A stretch of 64,000 bases of DNA from an uncultured Thermodesulfobacteriota bacterium (GTDB lineage: Bacteria > Desulfobacterota > DSWW01), in the NCBI GenBank assembly GCA_964479535.1, contig CAYZMM010000035.1, positions 159 to 64,158 of the forward strand, given 5' to 3'. The first letter of the stretch is position 1. Every line of letters begins with the position of its first letter. This document shows positions 36,192 to 45,233 of this stretch, one piece after another. The notes below the pieces were generated by a model. That model did no database searches. It had not been told where the DNA came from and was given only the letters and a program-made list of their open reading frames with translations. The position numbers and the translations under genes are program-made.

Positions 36192-37466
36192 CTACCCCTT
36201 CCCCGCCTCCCATCGCTCCACCAAATAGGGCTTCGTCTCCTCGAAGACGAGACATTGCTCTTCGATATAGTCCTCGACCACGCGCAGTTCCATGCCCTGG
36301 GTCGTTCGCACGTAGGATCCGGTCCGTCCGAAATAGAGCGGCACGAAGGCCTGAATCAATTGATCCTGCGGCACGACCTTCGTGTTGAATCCCACCGCGA
36401 AATCGTACACGATCTTCGCCCACAGGGCCGGAGGAAGCTCGAACTGGTCATAGGAAAGACCCGCGATTTCCCTGGTCTTCCTGTACACATCCTTGGTCAT
36501 GGTCTTCTCATAGACCTCGATGTTCTCCTTGAACCCGCCCGCGAAACCCTGATACAGCTTCTCTTCGTTGACCTCCACGGGAGGAGGCATCTCCGTTTCG
36601 CCCAGTCCGAACCCGAAGATCGGGGTCGGCTTGCTCCAACGCACCTGATTCCAGGTCTGATCGAAGGCTTCCATCAGCCGAAAGAAGGTGGAAATGACAT
36701 GACGAAACATCGGGCCGAGGCTTGCGGCAGGGTCCTTCGCCCGGTGGATCTTCGGAGCCCCCAGAAAGGCCTGGGCCGTCGGGTAGGGGCTGTTGATTGC
36801 GAGGGTCGTCATCCATATGTCGATCCCGAAGAGCGCTACACATTCGTCCCAGAGCCGGCCTTCCAGGTAGACCTTCGCCATGGCACCGGAAAAACCGAAA
36901 TCACCTCCAATGGGCTGACGCATTCTTCTTCCGTACAGGGCCCGGGAAAGGGGGTAGGCGATGTGGTTCGTGATCGTGCCGTCGTACTTGTGGCGGATGT
37001 AGATGGGAGCCACGTAGCCGTAGTCCTGAAAGAGGGGTTCTCCGAGATTCTTGATCCACCGCGGAGTGATGCTCCGAAGGTCCGCGTCTACGACCACAAT
37101 CGCCCGGGCATCCAGGTCGACCGCCTTTCGGAAGAGGTTGCGGAAATTGTTTCCCTTTCCCTTCACACCCGGGGGCGTCGACAGATAGATCTTCGGGATC
37201 TCTGTGTCCACGGAAAGAAATGCCTCGCGGGTCTGATCTTCGGAGTTGTTGTCGCAGTTGATCAAGACGCTGCGATAATCCTTGAAGTAGGTCTTCAGCC
37301 CGATGGCGGCCTGCTCCGCTACGAAGGGGATGCAGTCCGCCTCGTTAAAGGACGGGATCCCGACGATGATGTCCGCATCTCGAACCTTCCCGGGGTTCTC
37401 CTCGATCCAGTCCATCCACTCCGTCTCGGGATCCTTGGCGCCCTGGTTCGTGGTGTCCACTTGCAC
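36192..37466 (-). CDS. GT-A glycosyltransferase, glucosyl/mannosyl-glycerate synthase-like
   Basis: VGIPSFNEA, GKG, VDADL, YDGTIT, RQPIGGDFG, FGIDIW. Confidence 0.75.
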   Translation of the reverse strand: MQVDTTNQGAKDPETEWMDWIEENPGKVRDADIIVGIPSFNEADCIPFVAEQAAIGLKTYFKDYRSVLINCDNNSEDQTREAFLSVDTEIPKIYLSTPPGVKGKGNNFRNLFRKAVDLDARAIVVVDADLRSITPRWIKNLGEPLFQDYGYVAPIYIRHKYDGTITNHIAYPLSRALYGRRMRQPIGGDFGFSGAMAKVYLEGRLWDECVALFGIDIWMTTLAINSPYPTAQAFLGAPKIHRAKDPAASLGPMFRHVISTFFRLMEAFDQTWNQVRWSKPTPIFGFGLGETEMPPPVEVNEEKLYQGFAGGFKENIEVYEKTMTKDVYRKTREIAGLSYDQFELPPALWAKIVYDFAVGFNTKVVPQDQLIQAFVPLYFGRTGSYVRTTQGMELRVVEDYIEEQCLVFEETKPYLVERWEAGKG

Positions 37467-37639
37467 GATGTGAGGCCTCCTTTCCTCCGGCGATTCGCCC
37501 TTTACGTGCCTATCTCCTTAATATAAAGGGAGTTCTCGTGTCAAGCAATGCCTGTTGAGACGGAGGGAGTCCCGTGCTCCGAAAGCGAAAGGCCTTGTCT
37601 TTTTCAGGATGCTACGTTATACCATAAGGAAGCAATTAT

Positions 37640-37715
37640 GGGGATGTAGCTCAGCTGGGAGAGCACCACGTTCGCAACGTGGGGGTCGGCGGTTCGAATC
37701 CGCTCATCTCCACCA
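37640..37715 (+). tRNA. tRNA-Ala(CGC)
   Basis: Cloverleaf, G3:U70 pair, anticodon CGC, GTTCGAATC, 3' CCA. Confidence 0.97.
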
Positions 37716-37852
37716 GGCACAACCAACGGTCCCGCCCCGCGGAGGGTTCTCCGGTATCACGACGCTTCCACAGTGGCGTCGATGCGGGGGCCCGTTTCCA
37801 GCGGGAAGGAATGAGGCCGTTCCGAGGGGGTGAGCTGGCTGGAAAGACGGAG

Positions 37853-40348
37853 ATGATCCCCGAACCTCCAAACGTCGAGGTCGCCCTCCCCCTTCCCATC
37901 CGCGAGCCGCTCACCTACCTCTGGCCGGAACCGGCTCCCATCTCCCCTTCCGTGGGCCTGAGGGTTCTGGTTCCCTTGGGTAACAGACGGGTGACCGGTT
38001 ATGTCATCCGCGTGAACGCGGCGCCACCCAAGACCTCCCCCGCTTCCCGCAGGACGCACGCCTTCAAGCCCATAGCCGCCGTTCTGGACGACGAACCGCT
38101 CTTCGGAGTGAAAGAGCTACGGTTCTATGAATGGGTCGCGGAGTACTACCTCTCTTCCGTCGGCGAGGTTCTTCGCACGGCCCTGCCGGGCTCGATGAAC
38201 GTCAAGAGCTACCGGGCGGTCCGAATCCTTCCCCAGGGGTTGCTGGCCCTGAAGCACGGAGTCTTTCTCACCGGGCAAGAGGCGGAGCTCCTGGGGCACC
38301 TGGAACGGGGCGGCAGGATGACGCTGCAAGCCCTCCGGAAGAAGATGGGAAGGCAGGTCGAAAAGGGGCTGGGAAGCCTGGAGCAGAAGGGCTTCGTCCA
38401 GGGATGCCAGATCCTCAAGGGAAGCAAGGCTAAGGCCGAGACCGAACAAGGCCGCCTTTACCTGACCCTCCCTGTCCCTTCCCCACCGGTGGAGGAATGG
38501 GCGTCCCTCCTGCCCAAGATGGAAGCACGGATCGTCACGCATCTCGACCGTAGGGGACCTTGCCCCCCCCGGGCTTTGAGGCACTCCGTCCCCCGATGCG
38601 ACAAAGCTCTCCAGGAACTCCTCGAGAAGGGGTTCATCGAATTCAGGAGAGAGGAGGTGATTCCGGAAACGACCCTTCCGGCACCTCTTTCCACGGACTC
38701 TCTGCCCCGTCTGACATCCGAGCAGGTCACAGCCGTCGAGGCCATACGTCCCTGCATGGAGGAGAACGCATTTCACCCGTTCCTGCTTCACGGCGTGACG
38801 AGCAGCGGAAAGACCGAAGTTTATCTGCAGGTGATCGAACGGGCACTCGAAACGGACAAGGATGCACTCGTGCTCGTTCCCGAAATCGCGCTCACGCCAC
38901 AGACGCTTCATCGTTTCTCGTCACGTTTCGGTGCACACGTCGCCGTGCTTCACTCGGGCCTCACCGACCGGGAACGCCTCGATTTCTGGTGGAGAATCCG
39001 GAGAGGCCAGGCGCGCATCGCCGTCGGCGCCCGTTCCGCGGTCTTCGCGCCCTTTCGGAACCTGGGCGTCATCGTGGTGGACGAGGAACACGATCCGTCT
39101 TACAAGCAACAGGATCGAGTCCGATACAATGCCAGGGATCTGGCACTGCTGCGGGGCCAGCGGGAAAAGGCCGTCGTCATCCTCGGCTCCGCCACGCCTT
39201 CTCTCGAGTCGTACCACAACGTGCGAATCGGCAAAGCGACGCTTCTGGAACTCACCCGACGGATCCGTGAGCGGCCCCAACCCGAGGTCATCCCCGTCGA
39301 CATGCGAAAGCCCGCTTCCCATGGAGCAACGAGGAGTTCCCTGTCGCTCCCCCTCCAACAGGCGCTCATACGGAATTGGGAGGAGGGGAGGAAGAGCCTC
39401 GTCTTCCTCAACCGGCGTGGCTATGCACCAACCCTTTTGTGCAAGGACTGCGGGCATCTGGTTCGTTGCCCCCACTGCAGCGTGAGTCTCACGCTCCATC
39501 GGGCCAGGAAGCGCCTTTGCTGCCACTACTGTGAGCACCATGCCGTTCCACCTTCCGAATGCCCCGCGTGCCATGGACAGCAACTCCAGCCCGCGGGCAA
39601 GGGGACGGAGCGGGTCGAAGAGGAAATCGGGGCGCTTCTCCCCGAGGCACGCATCGGACGAATGGACCGGGACACGACACGTGCCAAAGGGGCCCACGAG
39701 CAGATACTGAACCGATTCAGGGGGGGGGGCCTGGACATCCTGATCGGCACCCAGATGATTACAAAGGGTCACGACATCCCGGAAGTCACCCTGGTGGGGG
39801 TGGTCCTTGCCGACGCCTCCCTGGACCTTCCCGATTTTCGTGCCTCCGAACGGACTCTCCAGCTTCTGATGCAGGTCTCGGGAAGGGCGGGAAGGGGGGA
39901 ATGGCCCGGGCGGGTTCTGATCCAGAGCTATCATCCGGACCACGCCTGCATCGAAGCGGTCCGTTTGCACGACTTCAAGGGCTTCTACGAACAGGAGATC
40001 GCCGCCCGGCAAGAGCTCGACTATCCTCCCTTCTGCAGAATGGTGAACCTTCGCATCACCGGCAGGAGCGAAGAGACCACCCATGAAGCAGCCCGCCGAA
40101 TGGGAGATGTGGCCAGGAAGATCCGGGAAGAGAACCGATCCAGATACCGTGGAATCGAGATCCTCGGCCCTTCACCCGCGCCCCTTGCCCGACTGCGGGA
40201 CCGCTTCCGCTACCACTGCTTCTTCAAGGGGAAGGCTCCCAGGGCGCTGCTCGCCTTCACTCGTGAGATCCTCGCGAGGCGTGCCTCTTTCCTGCCCTCC
40301 CCCCGCATACAGCTCGAGGTCGACGTGGACCCCATCCAAGTCCTCTAG
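37853..40348 (+). CDS. priA: primosomal protein N'
   Basis: GVTSSGKTEVY, LVPEIALT, DEEHD, four CxxC pairs, GRAGR, VDVDP. Confidence 0.95.
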   Translation: MIPEPPNVEVALPLPIREPLTYLWPEPAPISPSVGLRVLVPLGNRRVTGYVIRVNAAPPKTSPASRRTHAFKPIAAVLDDEPLFGVKELRFYEWVAEYYLSSVGEVLRTALPGSMNVKSYRAVRILPQGLLALKHGVFLTGQEAELLGHLERGGRMTLQALRKKMGRQVEKGLGSLEQKGFVQGCQILKGSKAKAETEQGRLYLTLPVPSPPVEEWASLLPKMEARIVTHLDRRGPCPPRALRHSVPRCDKALQELLEKGFIEFRREEVIPETTLPAPLSTDSLPRLTSEQVTAVEAIRPCMEENAFHPFLLHGVTSSGKTEVYLQVIERALETDKDALVLVPEIALTPQTLHRFSSRFGAHVAVLHSGLTDRERLDFWWRIRRGQARIAVGARSAVFAPFRNLGVIVVDEEHDPSYKQQDRVRYNARDLALLRGQREKAVVILGSATPSLESYHNVRIGKATLLELTRRIRERPQPEVIPVDMRKPASHGATRSSLSLPLQQALIRNWEEGRKSLVFLNRRGYAPTLLCKDCGHLVRCPHCSVSLTLHRARKRLCCHYCEHHAVPPSECPACHGQQLQPAGKGTERVEEEIGALLPEARIGRMDRDTTRAKGAHEQILNRFRGGGLDILIGTQMITKGHDIPEVTLVGVVLADASLDLPDFRASERTLQLLMQVSGRAGRGEWPGRVLIQSYHPDHACIEAVRLHDFKGFYEQEIAARQELDYPPFCRMVNLRITGRSEETTHEAARRMGDVARKIREENRSRYRGIEILGPSPAPLARLRDRFRYHCFFKGKAPRALLAFTREILARRASFLPSPRIQLEVDVDPIQVL

Positions 40349-40489
40349 CAGGCCGTCCGAGAACACCCATCGAATCCCCATTGCGTCACCTTGCATATCT
40401 GGAGCAAATCGGCGGCTTCGCCAATTTCGTCACGAACAGTCTGGTCGGCGACAGGAAGCCATCCCCGTGCTTGCTCGGGAGCACTGGAG

Positions 40490-40625
40490 TTGTACCGTGC
40501 TGGACCGGGTTCCCTCGGAGATTTGCGCCGGGCGATCCCCGCCTTCGCGGCGACATGCTTTGTAGGGGGAGGGAGAGACGGAGCCCAAGCAAATCGGAGA
40601 GGGAACCCGGTCCAGCACGGTACAA
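40490..40625. mobile_element. MITE/REP-like element with 27-bp perfect terminal inverted repeats
   Basis: TTGTACCGTGCTGGACCGGGTTCCCTC (40490-40516) and its reverse complement (40599-40625), extended by GATTTGC/GCAAATC. Confidence 0.7.
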
Positions 40626-40668
40626 AGAGGCCCCCTCGAGGGGCAAGGGGCATTGCGGACGTAAGCTG

Positions 40669-40935
40669 TCAATCTTCGGAAACGAAGGAGAAGAGAGCGA
40701 AGAGCAGGAGGAGGAAGCCGCTGAGAAAGTAGAGGAGCAGGAAAGGGCTCGATCCTTCGAAGCTCGCGAAGAACACCTCTTTGTTGTAAATGAAGCCCCA
40801 GTAGAAGGTGAAGCAGAAGGTGATCGAAAGACCCAGCTTGTATCTCGCAAAGAGCAGACAGAAGGATAGGAGTGCGATGAAAAGGGCCATGTGGGCCACC
40901 GGAATCGTCAGCTGCATTTCTTGTAGGTTTTCCAT
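40669..40935 (-). CDS. small hypothetical membrane protein (about 3 TM)
   Basis: 88 aa, highly hydrophobic, FTFYWGFIYN. Confidence 0.7.
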   Translation of the reverse strand: MENLQEMQLTIPVAHMALFIALLSFCLLFARYKLGLSITFCFTFYWGFIYNKEVFFASFEGSSPFLLLYFLSGFLLLLFALFSFVSED

Positions 40936-41283
40936 GGTGCGTGTGCCGTTCCTGAAACGTCTCAACAGATGACGTCCCTCCAAACAGCAAAGTACGTGCC
41001 AAGCGCGCCTTCCTGGTCCCGGCAAGTCCCGGGGGTCCGTACCCGGGCATGGATGAGTCTCTCTAAGTTGACCGCCTGTTTGGTTCTGTGTCACCATGGG
41101 AAGCCCGCAGGCAAGGGCCCTCTCCCTGCTCGCGCGCATGGGCTGGCGCTTGCTGGTTACATTTTTCGACTTCTGGTTTCATTTTTCGTCCGTGCTTTCC
41201 GTCTTCCCGGGCCCGGTCTTCCCGTATATACCCGGCCTGCAACACAGAACACCGGGCTGTACAGAAGGGGAACCGACAAACGG

Positions 41284-42198
41284 ATGGTCCTTTCGAGAAT
41301 CAAGATGCCAGCGCTCACTTGCCCTTTGGTGGCGGTGCTTTTCCTCGTCGCAACGGCGCCCTCGGCCCATGCCGCATCGACGGCTGTGGTGGTCGTTCCC
41401 GACAAGCTCTGCTTTCCCGGCGAGGAGATCCATATAGAGGCGACCCTCCACAGAAGCGGTCTCCTCGGCCTCTTCAAGAGTGGAATTCAAGGAGAACTGC
41501 TGCGATTCATCGATCCGCAGGGGGAGAGGATCCGCGACCTTCTCACCGATCCTTCCGGGTCGGCACGGATCCGTTACACCGCCGGGGCACCCGGTCGCTA
41601 CCCGATCACGGTTCGCCTCCTTGACAACCCCCGTTACGCCGCCGAACCTGCTACGGGGAATGTGTTCGTACGGGACACGAAGGTCCCCCTCCTGTTCGTC
41701 ACTGTCGAGGCGGGGCTCATGCCCGCGGCCCCTTCACCCCTGCTCGCCAGAGACCCGGAATCGGTGAAGGCCGAGCCGGGTTCGCAGAAGGCCCTGTCGG
41801 AGGTCGCCCCCTGCTACATGCCGGTCTATCTCACCCAGACGGCAGGGCCGTCCTCGGCCAAGATCCGATCCTGGCTGGAGCAGAGGGGATATCCCGTCGG
41901 CCCCATCTTCCTTCTGGATCGGCCCCTGATGGCAGGCGTACTTTCCGAAGCCCCTCCGCCGGATACGGACGTGCTCGAGTCTCTGTGGAAAGAACGTTCG
42001 TTGCCCGCATACCTGTTGACACGCGATTCCGTCTTGGCCAAGGCTGCAGCTGACAAGGGGATAAGGGTCCTGCTGCTCGAGCCGAAAAGCTCGGAAGACC
42101 AGGACGCTTCCTCTCAAGAAGCAAAGGGCGAGAGGGACAAGATCACCTACGTTCAGGAATGGTCGAAGGTTGCGGAAACATGCAGTTGCGAGCAATAG
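41284..42198 (+). CDS. secreted protein with Ig-like domain and LNS2/PITP-type HAD-like domain (degenerate)
   Basis: Signal peptide AHA-A; LTDPSGSA; PGSQKAL...VYLT...RSWLEQRGYPVGP. Confidence 0.6.
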   Translation: MVLSRIKMPALTCPLVAVLFLVATAPSAHAASTAVVVVPDKLCFPGEEIHIEATLHRSGLLGLFKSGIQGELLRFIDPQGERIRDLLTDPSGSARIRYTAGAPGRYPITVRLLDNPRYAAEPATGNVFVRDTKVPLLFVTVEAGLMPAAPSPLLARDPESVKAEPGSQKALSEVAPCYMPVYLTQTAGPSSAKIRSWLEQRGYPVGPIFLLDRPLMAGVLSEAPPPDTDVLESLWKERSLPAYLLTRDSVLAKAAADKGIRVLLLEPKSSEDQDASSQEAKGERDKITYVQEWSKVAETCSCEQ

Positions 42199-42265
42199 AT
42201 GAGCCGATAGCGTGGAATCGGTCATCGAAGAACCGTAGAGATCCTATTACGGGGAGAAAGGACTC

Positions 42266-42712
42266 ATGAAGAGCTTGAGAGAAATCATCGCAGACCCGGC
42301 CGTATCCGAATCGGTGGTTGCCGACGGCCTCCGGGTGCTCGACGAGGAGATCGCGAGACGTTCCGGCATGGGGGGCATGGCGATCAAGGCGGCGTACAAG
42401 GTCGTCAAGAACGTCCAGGGGGGTCGAACCCTGGAGAAGGCTGTCCGGGTTCTCATGCCCGCGTTCATCGAGAAGCTGGATCCCTACTATGCCGGCTTCC
42501 AGCAGGAGAAGGAGGGAAAGACCTGGGAGGAGTACCTCAGGCCTCACTACGGCGCGATCGCCAACGAGCTGCTCGCCGTTACAGACCGCAAGGTACGGTC
42601 CACGGACAACCGCGCCGTTCGCGGGGCTTACGACAAGCTCCGGCCAAGGGCGAACAAGGAGGTCATGGCCTCTCTTCCCGCACTGACACGGATGATGGAA
42701 AAGTATATCTAG
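42266..42712 (+). CDS. conserved hypothetical protein (DUF6918-like)
   Basis: DEE...SGMGGMAIKAAYKVVK, LMP.F...LDP, LLAVTD, Y.KLRP. Confidence 0.75.
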   Translation: MKSLREIIADPAVSESVVADGLRVLDEEIARRSGMGGMAIKAAYKVVKNVQGGRTLEKAVRVLMPAFIEKLDPYYAGFQQEKEGKTWEEYLRPHYGAIANELLAVTDRKVRSTDNRAVRGAYDKLRPRANKEVMASLPALTRMMEKYI

Positions 42713-42747
42713 CTTCGGATCTTACAACCCACTCCAGACCCGCCCCT

Positions 42748-43494
42748 TCACTTCTTGTTCTGTAACTCGTACAGCTTGGCGTACTTGACGAACTCGTGAA
42801 ATGCGGACAGCACGCTGGCAACCAAGCCCGGGATTCCGTCCAGGAAACCCCGCTTCCCCACGTACTGCTGCAGAAACATGAACACGGGGCTCCCCAGCAG
42901 CCGGGCAAGGGAAAAGGTCCTGCCGGATCTGGCGAGCGAATCGGCGCTCAGGGTCGTATACGTTTGAATGGTCTGCAGGTGGTCCCGGATACTCAGAAAG
43001 GAATAGTGGAGCAACGGGTTCTTCAGGGTTCCGCCAGGTCCGTCCAGAAGAACCGTCTCGTGAACGTCGTGTTGGCTCCAGCGCCCGAGGGACTTGCGGA
43101 ACAGCCGGACCTTGAAATCCGGATACCAGCAATGGTGTAGAAACCGTCCCAGGTAGTAGGCCCTTCTCGGCACCCGGTAGCCGGCAAGGGCGGGTTCGCC
43201 GGCCAGCAGGGAACGAATCTCGTCGGCCAACTCGGGACTCACGACCTCATCCGCGTCCAGACTCAAGACCCAAGGATGAGAGGCATGCTGGAGAGCGATC
43301 GTCTTCTGGCGCGCATAGCCCTGCCACCCATGCTGAAAGACTCTGGCCGTGTACTTCCGGGCGATCTCGAGAGTACGGTCCGTGGAAAAGGAGTCCACCA
43401 CCACGATCTCGTCCGCCCACTCGACAGCGGACAAGCACTTCTCCAGAATCGCTTCCTCGTTGAAACAGATGATGACGACCGAGAGCTTGGCCAT
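42748..43494 (-). CDS. glycosyltransferase family 2 (LPS beta-1,4-glucosyltransferase-like)
   Basis: FNEE, VDSFSTDRT, LDADE, WYPD, VHE, GFLDG. Confidence 0.88.
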   Translation of the reverse strand: MAKLSVVIICFNEEAILEKCLSAVEWADEIVVVDSFSTDRTLEIARKYTARVFQHGWQGYARQKTIALQHASHPWVLSLDADEVVSPELADEIRSLLAGEPALAGYRVPRRAYYLGRFLHHCWYPDFKVRLFRKSLGRWSQHDVHETVLLDGPGGTLKNPLLHYSFLSIRDHLQTIQTYTTLSADSLARSGRTFSLARLLGSPVFMFLQQYVGKRGFLDGIPGLVASVLSAFHEFVKYAKLYELQNKK

Positions 43495-43502
43495 GGGTCC
43501 CC

Positions 43503-44018
43503 TTAGGAACGGGAACCGCGGAGGGGAGCTTTCTTGTGCTCATCAAAGGCGTGCATGTGCTTTCCACCGTCCCAGAGCATGAAGAAGTCGGTAAGAACCT
43601 TGTTGTTCTTGTACATGTCCCTCGCCTGCAGCATTTGCGTCATGATTTCGGTCAACCGATCGAATTCTTCCCGCATCTCCCGCAGGGTCGCTTCCAGGAG
43701 GTGTTCCGTCGTCTTGAAAGGATAGTTCTGCTCGACCATGTGCTGAGCCTCGACCAGGATGTTGGCCGCATGCATCAACGACGCGATCTTGGCACGCAAC
43801 TGGAGTTCGTATACATTGGCAAGTATCTTCTGCGAGGGGTCGTCGGCCTTCTTGAACAGTTCGTCCCAACAGTACTTGGCGGCACGAAGCTCCGCTGCAA
43901 CGATCTGGAAGAGGCCTTCGTACTCGATCTCGGACTTCATCAGGCTCTGGGCGCGGAGGATGTCGGCGAACATGTCCTTGATGAAATGGTTCATGTTCTG
44001 CTTCACATGCAGCTTCAT
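43503..44018 (-). CDS. hypothetical alpha-helical protein
   Basis: Coding-like composition; 8 nt upstream of the GT2 start. Confidence 0.65.
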   Translation of the reverse strand: MKLHVKQNMNHFIKDMFADILRAQSLMKSEIEYEGLFQIVAAELRAAKYCWDELFKKADDPSQKILANVYELQLRAKIASLMHAANILVEAQHMVEQNYPFKTTEHLLEATLREMREEFDRLTEIMTQMLQARDMYKNNKVLTDFFMLWDGGKHMHAFDEHKKAPLRGSRS

Positions 44019-44184
44019 AGGGCAGGGCCTGCTACGAGTTGGTTCATCCTGGATGGGGCGAAAGGCGCGCTTCTACGCCACGATTTTTCCATAATAGATA
44101 ACTCCTGCGCGTCGTGTCAAGACTCGGGAGCCGGTACGTGCCCCTGACATTCGGAGGAAGCCGGGAACGGAGGATCACCCTTTC

Positions 44185-45177
44185 ATGTTGAAGATCGGAC
44201 CCCTGTCCGTTCCGAGCCCCCTGGTCCTCGCTCCCATGGCGGGAATCACGGACACCTGCGCCCGGAGAATGGCGAAGCGGTTCGGAGCGGGCCTGGTGTA
44301 CAGCGAGATGGTGAGCGCCGCAGGTCTGACGCGCAGGCAGCCGTCCACCCTCGACATGCTCGCCTTCCATGCGGAAGAGCTGCCTTTCGCTGTTCAAATT
44401 TTCGGGTCCGAGCCGGCCGAGATGGCGGAGGCGGCCCGGATTGCCGAGGACTCGGGTGCATCGATCGTGGACATCAACATGGGCTGCCCCGTCAAGCGGG
44501 TCTGCCGCACCGGGGCCGGGGCCGCATTGCTCTCCCGCCCGAGGCGGGTCCGGGAGATCCTGGAGGCCGTGAAGAAGGCGATCCGGTGCCCTCTCACGGT
44601 GAAGATGCGTCTCGGCTGGGATACGAGGGATCTTTCCGTCCTCGAGATCTCCCGAATCGCAGAGGAACAGGGGGTGGATGCGATCGCTCTCCACGCCCGA
44701 ACCCGCGCACAGGGATACCGGGGCAACGCGGACTGGTCATGGATGGCTCGCCTCAAGGAGGAACGAAAGATCCCCATCATCGGGAACGGCGATCTCACCA
44801 GCCCCCGCGGGTGTGTCGAGGCCCTGCGAAGCGGGTGCTGCGACGCGGTCATGGTCGGCCGGGCCGCCCGGGGCAACCCCTGGATCTTCTCCCGGACGCT
44901 GCGCTCCCTGTCGGGCGAGGAGACGCCCCCTCCCTCTCTGGAATCGCGCTTCGAGACCATCCTTCTTCACAAGGAATGGCTCTGCACCCAGTACGGGAAG
45001 GAACCGGGCTTGCGCAGGTTACGGTTTCTTCTGTTCCAGTACGGCCGCGGACTGCCCCGGGCGGCCCGGTTCAGACAGCGGCTCGTCTCGGCACATGATG
45101 AGGCGTCACTGGAGGGCCTGCTGCGGGCCTACTTCGTGGCAGCCCCGTGGCAGGATTCGGTCCCGCCTCGACCTTAG
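44185..45177 (+). CDS. dusB: tRNA-dihydrouridine synthase B
   Basis: LAPMAGITD, DINMGCP, TVKMRLGW, HARTR, GNGD, GRAARGNPW. Confidence 0.92.
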   Translation: MLKIGPLSVPSPLVLAPMAGITDTCARRMAKRFGAGLVYSEMVSAAGLTRRQPSTLDMLAFHAEELPFAVQIFGSEPAEMAEAARIAEDSGASIVDINMGCPVKRVCRTGAGAALLSRPRRVREILEAVKKAIRCPLTVKMRLGWDTRDLSVLEISRIAEEQGVDAIALHARTRAQGYRGNADWSWMARLKEERKIPIIGNGDLTSPRGCVEALRSGCCDAVMVGRAARGNPWIFSRTLRSLSGEETPPPSLESRFETILLHKEWLCTQYGKEPGLRRLRFLLFQYGRGLPRAARFRQRLVSAHDEASLEGLLRAYFVAAPWQDSVPPRP

Positions 45178-45201
45178 TGCTCCATCTCATGAATACGGTG
45201 G
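45172..45201 (+). repeat. solo end of the 51.7-kb MITE
   Basis: CCTTAGTGCTCCATCTCATGAATACGGTGG is 28/30 identical to 51694-51723; overlaps the dusB TAG. Confidence 0.75.
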
Positions 45202-45233
45202 AAGTGCGGAAGGTAGGAGCCAAGAAGGGGTGT

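Noticed and set aside
37640-37850. tRNA-Ala (and tRNA-Gln) as island integration sites
   Set aside because: No integrase, no duplicated tRNA 3' end, and housekeeping genes on both sides
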